IMG/VR virus record: IMGVR_UViG_3300023240_000010
DNA length: 64,000 bases
DNA from: a virus
Strand: one strand, 5' to 3'
In this document: positions 28,899-38,100 of the stretch, one piece after another
Layout: every line of letters starts with the position of its first letter
How positions within the stretch are numbered: the stretch's first letter is position 1
Made by a program: the position numbers and the translations under genes
Notes under the pieces: model-generated
Told to the model about the DNA's origin: nothing
The model's database searches: none
What the model saw: only the letters and a program-made list of their open reading frames with translations

Positions 28899-30491
28899 TT
28901 AAGCGCCTACTTGACCGTTTAATGTTTTAAGTAATATCGCAAATCGATTGACTGCTGAGTCAAGAGTTGTGGGTGCCGCACCATTCCATAATCCTGCGCT
29001 ATCTGTAGTATACGCGATACCGGTATTCAATAGATTCTGCAAAGGATTGTATGTTAGATTGAGATCCACGTTAGTGTTATCATTACCAGATGCTGCCGAC
29101 CCAAGATGCACATAGTATGTTGCGCTATCATTGATCGTACTAACTGCTACGTTGGCAGCGTTAGTAGCAGAGAGTGCCGCTACATCTGTTATGTTCGAAC
29201 CATTACCAGCAAGATTTGTAGCAGTTAGTGTATTAGTTGCGGCATCAAATACAATACCACCATCTGTTGACACACTGTCAGAACCCGTCTGAGATGCTTT
29301 CAACATTATATACTGAGTGCCAGTAGTAGGATTAAAGTTAGAGTTAATCTTTGTTGCAGGCACTTCTGTGAGTAGTTTACCTTCACCAGAGAAAGCGCCA
29401 GCAGTTAATAAGTTGCTGAATGGATTGTATAGTATACCCGCATCTGTGTTTACACTATCTACACCAGTCGCACTCTGAACGAATAGAATGGAGTGTGAAG
29501 CATCAACAACAGACGGAAGTACATTCAATGCATTAGCAATACTACCACCACCAGGAATGGGTAAGTTAGTAAGTAAAGAACCATCACCCGCAAATGCAGT
29601 AGAAGACAATCTACCATTCGATGCGTTATATGTTAATGCGGCATTAGCGGCAAGAGTTGCTTGTAATCCAGTCTGAGCAGTACCCATGAAAGGATATAAA
29701 GTTGTCTGGGAGGCGGCAGTAGTAGTAACAATAGTGTCAGCATATTGTGCCTGAACTGCATTACTTGCGTTTGTAGCACTGTCAGCAGCAAGAGCGAATG
29801 TAGCAAGAGCAGAAGTCAAAGAGGACGTGGCGACGGTCGCACTATCTGCATTAACTGCACGAGTTGCAAGTAGAGCGAATAAAGCACTTGCTGCCGTTGT
29901 AGCACTGTCAGCATATAGAGCATGAGTCGCTTCGGTAGCAAAGTTTGCACTATCAGCATTTGTCGCACTATCAGCAAGAACACCTGTCAACAGCGAACCG
30001 TCACCAGCAAAGAAAGGAGAAGTTAATACACCTGTATTTGGGTTAGATGTTAAGTTACTCTGAGTATGTACGCTGTCTAGTCCAGTCGCACTGTTGCGAA
30101 TCATTAGAAAATATGGATTAGCATCTGTGCCTGCATCAACAGCATTAACAACCTGATCGTTAGTAGGCAAGTTCGTTAGTGCAGAACCATCACCTTCGAA
30201 TGATAGTGCTTTAAGATTTCCTGTCGAGGCATCATAAGTAAGAGAACCACTCGATCGAACTGAATCATATGAATCATCAGGACCATTACCGAAGAACACT
30301 TTCGTCTCAGTAGAACTTACATCGTTAGTAACCAATACAGTGTTTGATTGGTTAGCAGTTTGTCCGAGGAGTAAGTCACTCGCTTTGATCTGCTTAGTAA
30401 GGTTAGTACTAACATCCACTATGATTAGAACGTCATCGTTCGCCGGTGCTCCGACTGCCGAGTCTAAATCTGTTATCTTTACGCCTGCCAT
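28899..30491 (-). CDS. Fibre-like virion protein with LTYNP...FxGDGSxLT repeats
   Basis: Repeated LTYxxxxxxLxxxxFxGDGSxLT units; ADSATxA repeats. Confidence 0.75.
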   Translation of the reverse strand: MAGVKITDLDSAVGAPANDDVLIIVDVSTNLTKQIKASDLLLGQTANQSNTVLVTNDVSSTETKVFFGNGPDDSYDSVRSSGSLTYDASTGNLKALSFEGDGSALTNLPTNDQVVNAVDAGTDANPYFLMIRNSATGLDSVHTQSNLTSNPNTGVLTSPFFAGDGSLLTGVLADSATNADSANFATEATHALYADSATTAASALFALLATRAVNADSATVATSSLTSALATFALAADSATNASNAVQAQYADTIVTTTAASQTTLYPFMGTAQTGLQATLAANAALTYNASNGRLSSTAFAGDGSLLTNLPIPGGGSIANALNVLPSVVDASHSILFVQSATGVDSVNTDAGILYNPFSNLLTAGAFSGEGKLLTEVPATKINSNFNPTTGTQYIMLKASQTGSDSVSTDGGIVFDAATNTLTATNLAGNGSNITDVAALSATNAANVAVSTINDSATYYVHLGSAASGNDNTNVDLNLTYNPLQNLLNTGIAYTTDSAGLWNGAAPTTLDSAVNRFAILLKTLNGQVGA

Positions 30492-30522
30492 TGTTATTCC
30501 TCAGAATATGTTTCTATAATTC

Positions 30523-30530
30523 TATTTATA
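30523..30530 (-). promoter_or_regulatory. T4 late promoter
   Basis: TATAAATA. Confidence 0.8.
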
Positions 30531-30535
30531 GTGTT

Positions 30536-31825
30536 TTACGTCACAGTTATTGTAACTGTTGCAGTTTCTGTCTGTCCCGTATTGGGTGTTACTCTGTATG
30601 TAAATATATCAACTCCTGCAAAACCACTAGTAGGAGTATAACGAATTATTCCGTTCGCTGAATCTGTTATCAATACTGTACCATTAACTGGTGCTCCACC
30701 TGCAGGTATTGTGTATACAATAGAACTAGATTCGAACGTATCGTTAGCACCCGCATCAATGTCAATATACAATGCATCACCAGTGTTAATTGATGCAGTG
30801 ACATTAATAGCATCATCAACAGCATTAGTTACTGAAACGCTGATAGTTTGATCGAACTTTGTTCCGTCTGCCATATTCACAGAAAGTACGAATGAGTCAG
30901 AACCCGAGAAGTCTGGATTAGGAGTATATGTCCAATTACCAGTGGCGTTGTTTGCACCTGTTCGTGTTGTAATAGATGTGCCGAGACTTGCAGTTGCAGT
31001 ACCGTTTGTCGGAGCAGTGCCTATAGTAAATGTGTTGACTTTGCTTTGAGCATTAGTAATCTTAAATGCTGTTAGTATGTTGCCGCCATCTTCATTCAAT
31101 AGTGTGCCGCTTGTGCCTGTTACGACATTGCCTACTACGGATGTAGTGAACAAGTCATTTCCATCTAAGTCTTTGACACCAATATCAGCACTTGTTATAA
31201 TAGCACCTGTTGCCGCAACACCCTTATACAAACTAATCTTCATTTCGAAATCAAGTGTATATATGATTGAACGTCTGTTCTCTATCTGACCTTCATAATC
31301 GTCAGAGAATGTTATACCCTGTAATGTTATGGGGGTGTCTTCCTTGACATCGTACTCCGATAAAGGTTTTACTGTTACAGTATACTGTGGTGTGAAATAA
31401 GGTAGAATCTGTTCGATAATTTGTAATACATCATCCTGACTTTTACCATACACGTTCAACTGAAAGTTAACATTATATGGAACAGGTGTGTATAGTTGTG
31501 TTGCTGAACCAGTATAAGTTGTTGGCGCTTTAACACAGTTGTTCATCTTAGGTAATTGTCTTACTGGATCATAGTTCATTGCTACGATTTCGAATGACAT
31601 TCTTGGTAGTTTTAATGCAATCTGTCTTTCGTTTACCTCACCGTTAAGCATGTTGTCCATGCGTGTGAGAAAGTCGCGCTTAGGTGCATATGATAATGGA
31701 ACTTTTACTTGACTAATAACTTCGCCTGCGCTATTCTTACGTATGACATTTATGTTATTAAACAATGAACCAAATACGGCAACTGCTTTTCTAATTCTTT
31801 GATGATAGAAATGTGAACCTAACAT
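30536..31825 (-). CDS. gp15: Tail sheath terminator gp15 with two C-terminal Ig-like (Big_9/cadherin-like) domains
   Basis: FGSLFNNI, KVPLSYAP, LPRMSFE, QIIEQILPYF; C-terminal YTPNPDFSGSDSF and YTPTSGFAGVDIFTY. Confidence 0.92.
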   Translation of the reverse strand: MLGSHFYHQRIRKAVAVFGSLFNNINVIRKNSAGEVISQVKVPLSYAPKRDFLTRMDNMLNGEVNERQIALKLPRMSFEIVAMNYDPVRQLPKMNNCVKAPTTYTGSATQLYTPVPYNVNFQLNVYGKSQDDVLQIIEQILPYFTPQYTVTVKPLSEYDVKEDTPITLQGITFSDDYEGQIENRRSIIYTLDFEMKISLYKGVAATGAIITSADIGVKDLDGNDLFTTSVVGNVVTGTSGTLLNEDGGNILTAFKITNAQSKVNTFTIGTAPTNGTATASLGTSITTRTGANNATGNWTYTPNPDFSGSDSFVLSVNMADGTKFDQTISVSVTNAVDDAINVTASINTGDALYIDIDAGANDTFESSSIVYTIPAGGAPVNGTVLITDSANGIIRYTPTSGFAGVDIFTYRVTPNTGQTETATVTITVT

Positions 31826-32727
31826 TATACTGGATCTCCGAATGGATTAGACTCAGAGAAGTCAATGAAGTCTGTCGCAACAGTATCAAAGATTGCATTC
31901 TGATTGCCAATTTCTAAGTTCTCGCCTGCAACTGAAGTTGGTGTTTCACTAATTGCAGAAGTCTGTCCTACTACAGGTAACGATGCTGCCCAACTATGAT
32001 AGAGTCCATCAGAAGCACCACCATGTGCGACATACACTTTATATGTTCCTGGAACAGATGCATCAATGTTAGCAATCTCTCCTTTCATAGTGAAAGTTGC
32101 ATTGACCTGTGATATCTCTTCGCCAATTTCAAACTTAGTGCCTATTGTAGTAAATGTAGTCTCGTCAAATATCAGAGTTGACGTATAAGCATGTACAGTT
32201 TCAATAGCATCGATCTCTTCAACGCCGGTATCAAAGTCTTCATCATTGTATTCAAACAATTCACATCGCATACGGAACACAGGAAGATTCTTTAACTGGT
32301 AGAATGGTGTCTCATCTTCTACTTTCTGAATCTCAAATATTGAGTTAGACAATGTTAAAACAATTAGATCGCCTTCTCTTGGGCGATAGAAAGGTTCTTC
32401 TAATGTATTCTCGATAGAAGCAACAGTATTCAACCATCGACGCCTTGCCATAATGAATGTGGCAGCATCTCGAATCTCTACACCAAACTTAGCGAACAAG
32501 TCACCTTCGCCATCAAATCCTTCAACGCCTTCGATGTACATTTCTATACGATAAGCATTGTCAAATCGTGAGGTGCTATCGTCACCAAAGATAGTATCTC
32601 TGTTGACTAGTTCACGCGGGACATAGTAAACGTCCTGACCATACATCTTCAAAGACTCAATAATGATATCTTCATAGAGAGTCTGTTCAGACTTTCTGCC
32701 TTGTGAGAAGTAAAGATTAGTTGCCAT
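31825..32727 (-). CDS. gp14: Neck protein gp14
   Basis: ESLKMYGQDVYYVPR, FAKFGVEIRD, RPREGDLI, DFSESNPFG. Confidence 0.95.
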   Translation of the reverse strand: MATNLYFSQGRKSEQTLYEDIIIESLKMYGQDVYYVPRELVNRDTIFGDDSTSRFDNAYRIEMYIEGVEGFDGEGDLFAKFGVEIRDAATFIMARRRWLNTVASIENTLEEPFYRPREGDLIVLTLSNSIFEIQKVEDETPFYQLKNLPVFRMRCELFEYNDEDFDTGVEEIDAIETVHAYTSTLIFDETTFTTIGTKFEIGEEISQVNATFTMKGEIANIDASVPGTYKVYVAHGGASDGLYHSWAASLPVVGQTSAISETPTSVAGENLEIGNQNAIFDTVATDFIDFSESNPFGDPV

Positions 32728-32728
32728 G

Positions 32729-33484
32729 TTATCCTATCAGAAAGTCAACTGGGAGTTCTTGTTCGAGACGTAGTTTCTCTTCAAGTTTCTCGATTTCAGC
32801 AGTCGCGTCTTCGTACAATTGACGACCACTAATAGTAACACCACCCGGCAATTGCATTCCTTCAAACTTGGACATGTTCACGCCCCATTGCTGTTTGATT
32901 AACTGCGTGGTATAATCTTTCATGAACATATCATTCCATATGCTCAAGTGTACTTCTGGATCAATAATCTGATATACTTCAGCAATAACAAAATCACCTG
33001 CTTTAATATCACCGTCAGCAAGATCACCATCGATGTATAGACGTTGCTGTCTACGCGAGTGGCGCACTTGTGGCATGCCGTTCAGTTGTTGATCGATCAT
33101 ACTCAGATATTGTTCCATCTGATATATGTATGATAGATCGCCCGCAAAACTATAGAAGTCTGCCATGTTATTTAAAAACATCTGATACTTTAGATCAAAC
33201 ATATTGCTGCCTGAACCAAACGACGAGTTCAGAGGAAACAATCTCTTCACCCACTGTACACTTGCGCTTAAAGGAATGTATCCATTAGTTACGTCTGTCG
33301 CAGTTATTTCATGCTTGATATAAGTTCTGAGAGTAGCATCGCTATGAAACTCTTGGTATTTCTGAAGAGCGTCATCGACCTTATCTTCAACTTGATCTAT
33401 ATCAACATTGATTTCTATTACAGGTTCACCCAATCTACGTAGGGCGAAGTCGATTAAATCTTGTCTTGAATCTGGCGATGCCAT
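32729..33484 (-). CDS. gp13: Neck protein gp13
   Basis: LRRLGEPVIEINV, KQQWGVNMSKFEGMQLPGG. Confidence 0.95.
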   Translation of the reverse strand: MASPDSRQDLIDFALRRLGEPVIEINVDIDQVEDKVDDALQKYQEFHSDATLRTYIKHEITATDVTNGYIPLSASVQWVKRLFPLNSSFGSGSNMFDLKYQMFLNNMADFYSFAGDLSYIYQMEQYLSMIDQQLNGMPQVRHSRRQQRLYIDGDLADGDIKAGDFVIAEVYQIIDPEVHLSIWNDMFMKDYTTQLIKQQWGVNMSKFEGMQLPGGVTISGRQLYEDATAEIEKLEEKLRLEQELPVDFLIG

Positions 33485-33511
33485 TTGTTACTCCAAAGTT
33501 TATCTGTTTAT

Positions 33512-34756
33512 TTATGCGCCCCAGATGGTAGCACCTGCAGAGTCATAAATTACTAACTGTCTTGCTGATCCATCAAAATAACGACTCGCTTCGAGATCAC
33601 CCTCTACCGTTACGCCTGCGAATGTGACACTATCTGTACTAGTAGAACCTCGACTGGTCACAGACTGTAGTGTGTCTTGCTCTGAATCAAGATATGCAAG
33701 ATCGCCTAATACACGGTATGATATAGAATCTTGAGAAGATAATACAAGTACATTATCAGTCTCTTGATCCAGATCGATTTGTGTTAAAGATAGATTGCCT
33801 AGAGTAAGTCTATTACTAGAGGCGTTATATGATAATGCACTATCAACCTTTGCACTATCTCCGCCATTTAGTACACTAACAAATGTTGGATAGAATGTTC
33901 TGTCTTCGTCTGTTGATGTAACTTGTGTTAAGTTGACAGTACCGTCAAGAATATCAGTTGATATAGTTCGTCTAACAATTCTATTTGTTGTTGGTTCTAA
34001 GAATAGACCGAATGTAGCGGTAACGGATGCATCTGTGTTGTTAATTACAACATCATTGTCGAAGGTTGCTGAATCAAATAGTGATGGTCCAACTACTGCA
34101 ATGCCCGCTTCAAATTTAGTTAGTCTGTTAAAGTTCCAGGAGTTATCTGTCGATGCGTATGTGATACCAGCATTTGATCCAGCAACAGTGATACCCGCGC
34201 CTTCTGCTTCGGCATTGTTTGTTGCGCCTCGAGCAATGACAATATTCTTATCATCGATTTCTAATGTTGCGGTGTTCAGAATTGTTTGTGTACCATTAAC
34301 AGTAAGATTACCATTAATTACTACACTGTCAGCATATAGTCCACCGTAGAAGTACGAGTAGACTTGTGTGCTGTCGCCTCGTGCGGTTACAGTTGCTAGG
34401 GTCTCGTTTGCTGTGTCAGCAAATGCACCTGCACCAATCTTACGAACAACAACACTATCAGTCTGACCATCAAAAGGATTATTCTTTACGAATAGAGCGT
34501 AGAAATCACTTGTATCACCCGAATCTAATGATGTGAAGTTAAGTGCATTTAGTGTAAGTGAAGATATATCACCCCAAGAACGAATACCACTAGCGGTAGA
34601 CGTAAGTACTTGACCGTCAGTTGTCGGATTACCAGGACTAGGTTCTACCTGATCAAGAGTAATATACTCATATCTGCCTGAATCAAGATCTCCTACTGGT
34701 CTGGTTGATACACCACCAGAAAGCGAAGTACTCGAAACGCTTATTGTACTAACCAT
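33512..34756 (-). CDS. Fibre-like virion structural protein
   Basis: GNLTVNGTQT...DKNIVIA..A..A.GAGITV fibre module; TL..VT.RG repeats. Confidence 0.7.
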   Translation of the reverse strand: MVSTISVSSTSLSGGVSTRPVGDLDSGRYEYITLDQVEPSPGNPTTDGQVLTSTASGIRSWGDISSLTLNALNFTSLDSGDTSDFYALFVKNNPFDGQTDSVVVRKIGAGAFADTANETLATVTARGDSTQVYSYFYGGLYADSVVINGNLTVNGTQTILNTATLEIDDKNIVIARGATNNAEAEGAGITVAGSNAGITYASTDNSWNFNRLTKFEAGIAVVGPSLFDSATFDNDVVINNTDASVTATFGLFLEPTTNRIVRRTISTDILDGTVNLTQVTSTDEDRTFYPTFVSVLNGGDSAKVDSALSYNASSNRLTLGNLSLTQIDLDQETDNVLVLSSQDSISYRVLGDLAYLDSEQDTLQSVTSRGSTSTDSVTFAGVTVEGDLEASRYFDGSARQLVIYDSAGATIWGA

Positions 34757-35120
34757 TTAATGATTCCAGATAACTTAGAGTTAATTGCAATTTGCCAGCA
34801 CCCGTTGCATTAGTTGAACATCGGATAACACCGTTTTCTTCAATAATCAATTTGCCTGTGATAAGACTTACCGCATCACGCGCCTGCACTCGATAACCTT
34901 TAATCAAGTGAACTGCTGGTGCTGCCAAAGACAGCGCGGATCTCATAGAAATCTCATAGACACCAGTACCAGCGGAGTCGATATTCGCTACCTGCGCCAT
35001 CAACACAATCGCAGTGATTCCGTTGGGCGAAGTATAGACTACATCGCTATCGCCAGTAAACGTATCCTTACCTGCAACAGTAATAGAGGTTGACTTAAAC
35101 GTATTGAGTGGAGTTGCCAT
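34749..35120 (-). CDS. Small virion structural protein
   Basis: VYTSP...IVLMAQVAN...GKLIIE...LSYLE pattern; overlaps the next gene. Confidence 0.65.
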   Translation of the reverse strand: MATPLNTFKSTSITVAGKDTFTGDSDVVYTSPNGITAIVLMAQVANIDSAGTGVYEISMRSALSLAAPAVHLIKGYRVQARDAVSLITGKLIIEENGVIRCSTNATGAGKLQLTLSYLESLNG

Positions 35121-35126
35121 TTTTCT

Positions 35127-38100
35127 TTAACCTTCTAGTGCTAGAATATATGGAGTTAGAATAGCGTATAGAGATCGTTCAAACGTCTCACCTACAATTC
35201 TACCTTCCTGTCTTTTGATTGTCAATTGAGAACCAATTCTAAAGTCGCCTAACTGATCCGTCGATGTAAATACTACTAAACCTTCGTTTGTTGCTGAGTC
35301 ATATACTACTTCTCTTTCTGGTCTTGGTATACCACCATTCTGAGGAATAGCAGTAAACGTGTTAGTTCCAGATCCAACATATTCAAAGGTGTGAGAAGAT
35401 GATGTAATAACAGATCGCTGTCTGAAAGTCATCTGCTGATTCGCTTTCTTGTTACTATTCAGTCCAGGTTCGAATGCAATGTCGTACATACCGCCACCGA
35501 CTGAATCAACACCCAACACTGTGTAGAAATATTCTTCACTGTCAAACTTCATTGCATCACCGTAGTTAGGCAACTTAGTTTGTCCTACAGTTCCGAAGTA
35601 ATCAGCACTATCTCTATTTATCACTCCTGAAATACGAATGGTGTCATCATACAGAAGTTTTGCTGAATCAAGATTGCCGTCATATAGTACTTGAGAACTA
35701 CCACGAGCAATCAGTCCGTAATCACCAAACGAAGAGTTACTGTTCGTAATAGAACATTGTCCACCAGTTTCAGCAAGAATAGAAGTCTGAGTTGAGATTG
35801 TAAAGATTGATACTAACTGTGCGTAACCACGATTCAACAAGTAAGTACCAATACCAGCGGCATTGTACTGAGTGAATGCGTCTGATACCATCGACTTCAA
35901 TCCAGAACATTTAGATCCGTCAATCTTCATACCGATACCATCGTTGGTAATAGATGTACAGTTCTGAACATATGGTGATTGAACGATGAATGGTCCAGCG
36001 CCAGCACTTTCTACTTTAGGATCATATGCTACACAGGCAGCGAAGTTCTGATGATCTCGGAAAGTAATATCTTTGATGAAACAACCGTTGTCCATATAGA
36101 ACATATCAGAGTCAACACTCTTAGGTCGCACAGTTGTTGTTCTCAAGTTATCACCAACGATTGCTGTCTTAGGCGGTAACTTGATAGGATTGTTTATTGT
36201 ATAATCACCAGACTTCAAGAAGATTGTAGTGTCACCAGTATTCTTAGCAGACTTTACGGACTGAAGAACAATGAAGTCCTGATCTTTCTTGACTGCGGCA
36301 ATCGCGTTTCGTAACTCTACACTTACACCACGACTTGATAGAATAGGATCAACTTCAGTCGGCAGACTGTCAGTATTACCAGCAACTAAAGTGGCAACTA
36401 AGAGGTCGTCAATCAGCGTAGCAATAATGGTTGATTCTGTTGAAGTTGCATACTGACCGGAGTTACCAGTCTCGTTAGGACCATATGCTGAAGTAGTAGT
36501 AACATTACTTGTAAGATTATTGGTGAGAAGTTGTCCAATAATGTCTCTCATATGCTCGTATGTTGCAATTGTTGCCGCAACTTCACCAGGGTTTAATTGA
36601 CTGGCAGCACCAACAAAGTATGCACGAGAGTTTATAACCATGGCGTGTGAACCGCCATATAATATATCGAAGGTTAGACCGTCAACAATAAACCCTATGT
36701 CTCTGCGACATCTAGTTCTATCGTAAGATGAAGGACCGTACAGATTAGCATACTGTATTGCTTGTGTTTGAATCGTGCTTTTCTGTGCTAGAATAGTAGA
36801 GTAGTTTGCCGCTGTTGTAGCATTAACACCAGTAAAGTTTGGTAGAATAGTAGCATCAAGATTGTCTAAACTTTCATCATTAATAACTTCAGTAATGATG
36901 TCCATGAGAACACCCAACTGAGTTGCTTGAGTAGATGTGGCAGTTCCTGCGCTAGTATCTTGACTTGCATAGTTTTCAATAACAACCAGACCTAATGAAG
37001 TCTTCAGATATGCATATGCACCCAGTGTTGCAACCTTCTCACTGGCGCCTAATTGACTTGCAGCACCAACAAAGTATGCTCTTGCACAAGTAACAGCACC
37101 AACATTTCCTTCGTAGACTATATCGTGAGTAAGACCGTCAAGAATATAACCAATATCTCTTTTACGCTTAACTCGATCATAAGTTGTTGGACCATACGAA
37201 TCAGCATACTCTATAACATCTGCTTGCAGGGAGGTGAGCGCACCATTGATGGTGTTGTAGTCTGTAGACACTATACCAGTAAAGTCTGGCAGTACACGAG
37301 TTGCGATCGAATCAAGATTTTCTGCTACAAGAACGTCAATAATAATATCAAGTAACGTGCCCGTTGTGGTTGCTTCTGTAGCAGTTGCAGTTCCGCCTGT
37401 TGTATTCTGACCAGTATATGTTTCTTGAACTATTGATGATAGAATAGTTTTAAGATTATTAAAAGAATCCTGCCGAGCGGCGACTTCTGCGCCACTGACA
37501 ATCACTGTTACTCCATCAACAAAGTATGACCTCGCAACATTGAATGAAGCGAAGTTGCCTGCATAAAGAAGATCGTGAATTATACTTTCAAGAATATAGA
37601 GAACTTCTGTTTGATATTTGCCACGATCATATATAGCAGGACCATACAAGTCAGCAAAGGCAAGTGAGTCTGATTGAATAGTTGTCTTTGCTGCCACAAC
37701 AGTAACAAAGTCAAGAATTATCGGTTCAGCAATAGCAGTCGTATCAGGATTAACTAGTGCAGGAACACCATCAAAGTTACCAGCAGTTAATGCGTCAATA
37801 GTTATCTGAAGAAGACCCTGAAGTCTTGTAGTCTGTAGTAATTGTCCAGACTGAATTTCGCCTGTTACGTCCTGTCCAGTCAAAGTTTCACTGAGCAATG
37901 TACCAAGTTGAGTTTTAAGATTAGTGTATGCCGCAATTGAGGCAGTAACTTCTGCCGCTCCACCTAACTGAGAAACACCATCCTTGAAGTAAGAGAATGC
38001 TAAAATACGTGAAGCGAAGTTGCCATCATACAGAATATCATAAGATAGTCCGTCAAGAATGTAACCTACGTCACGTTCGCATTTTTCAACATTGTAACTT

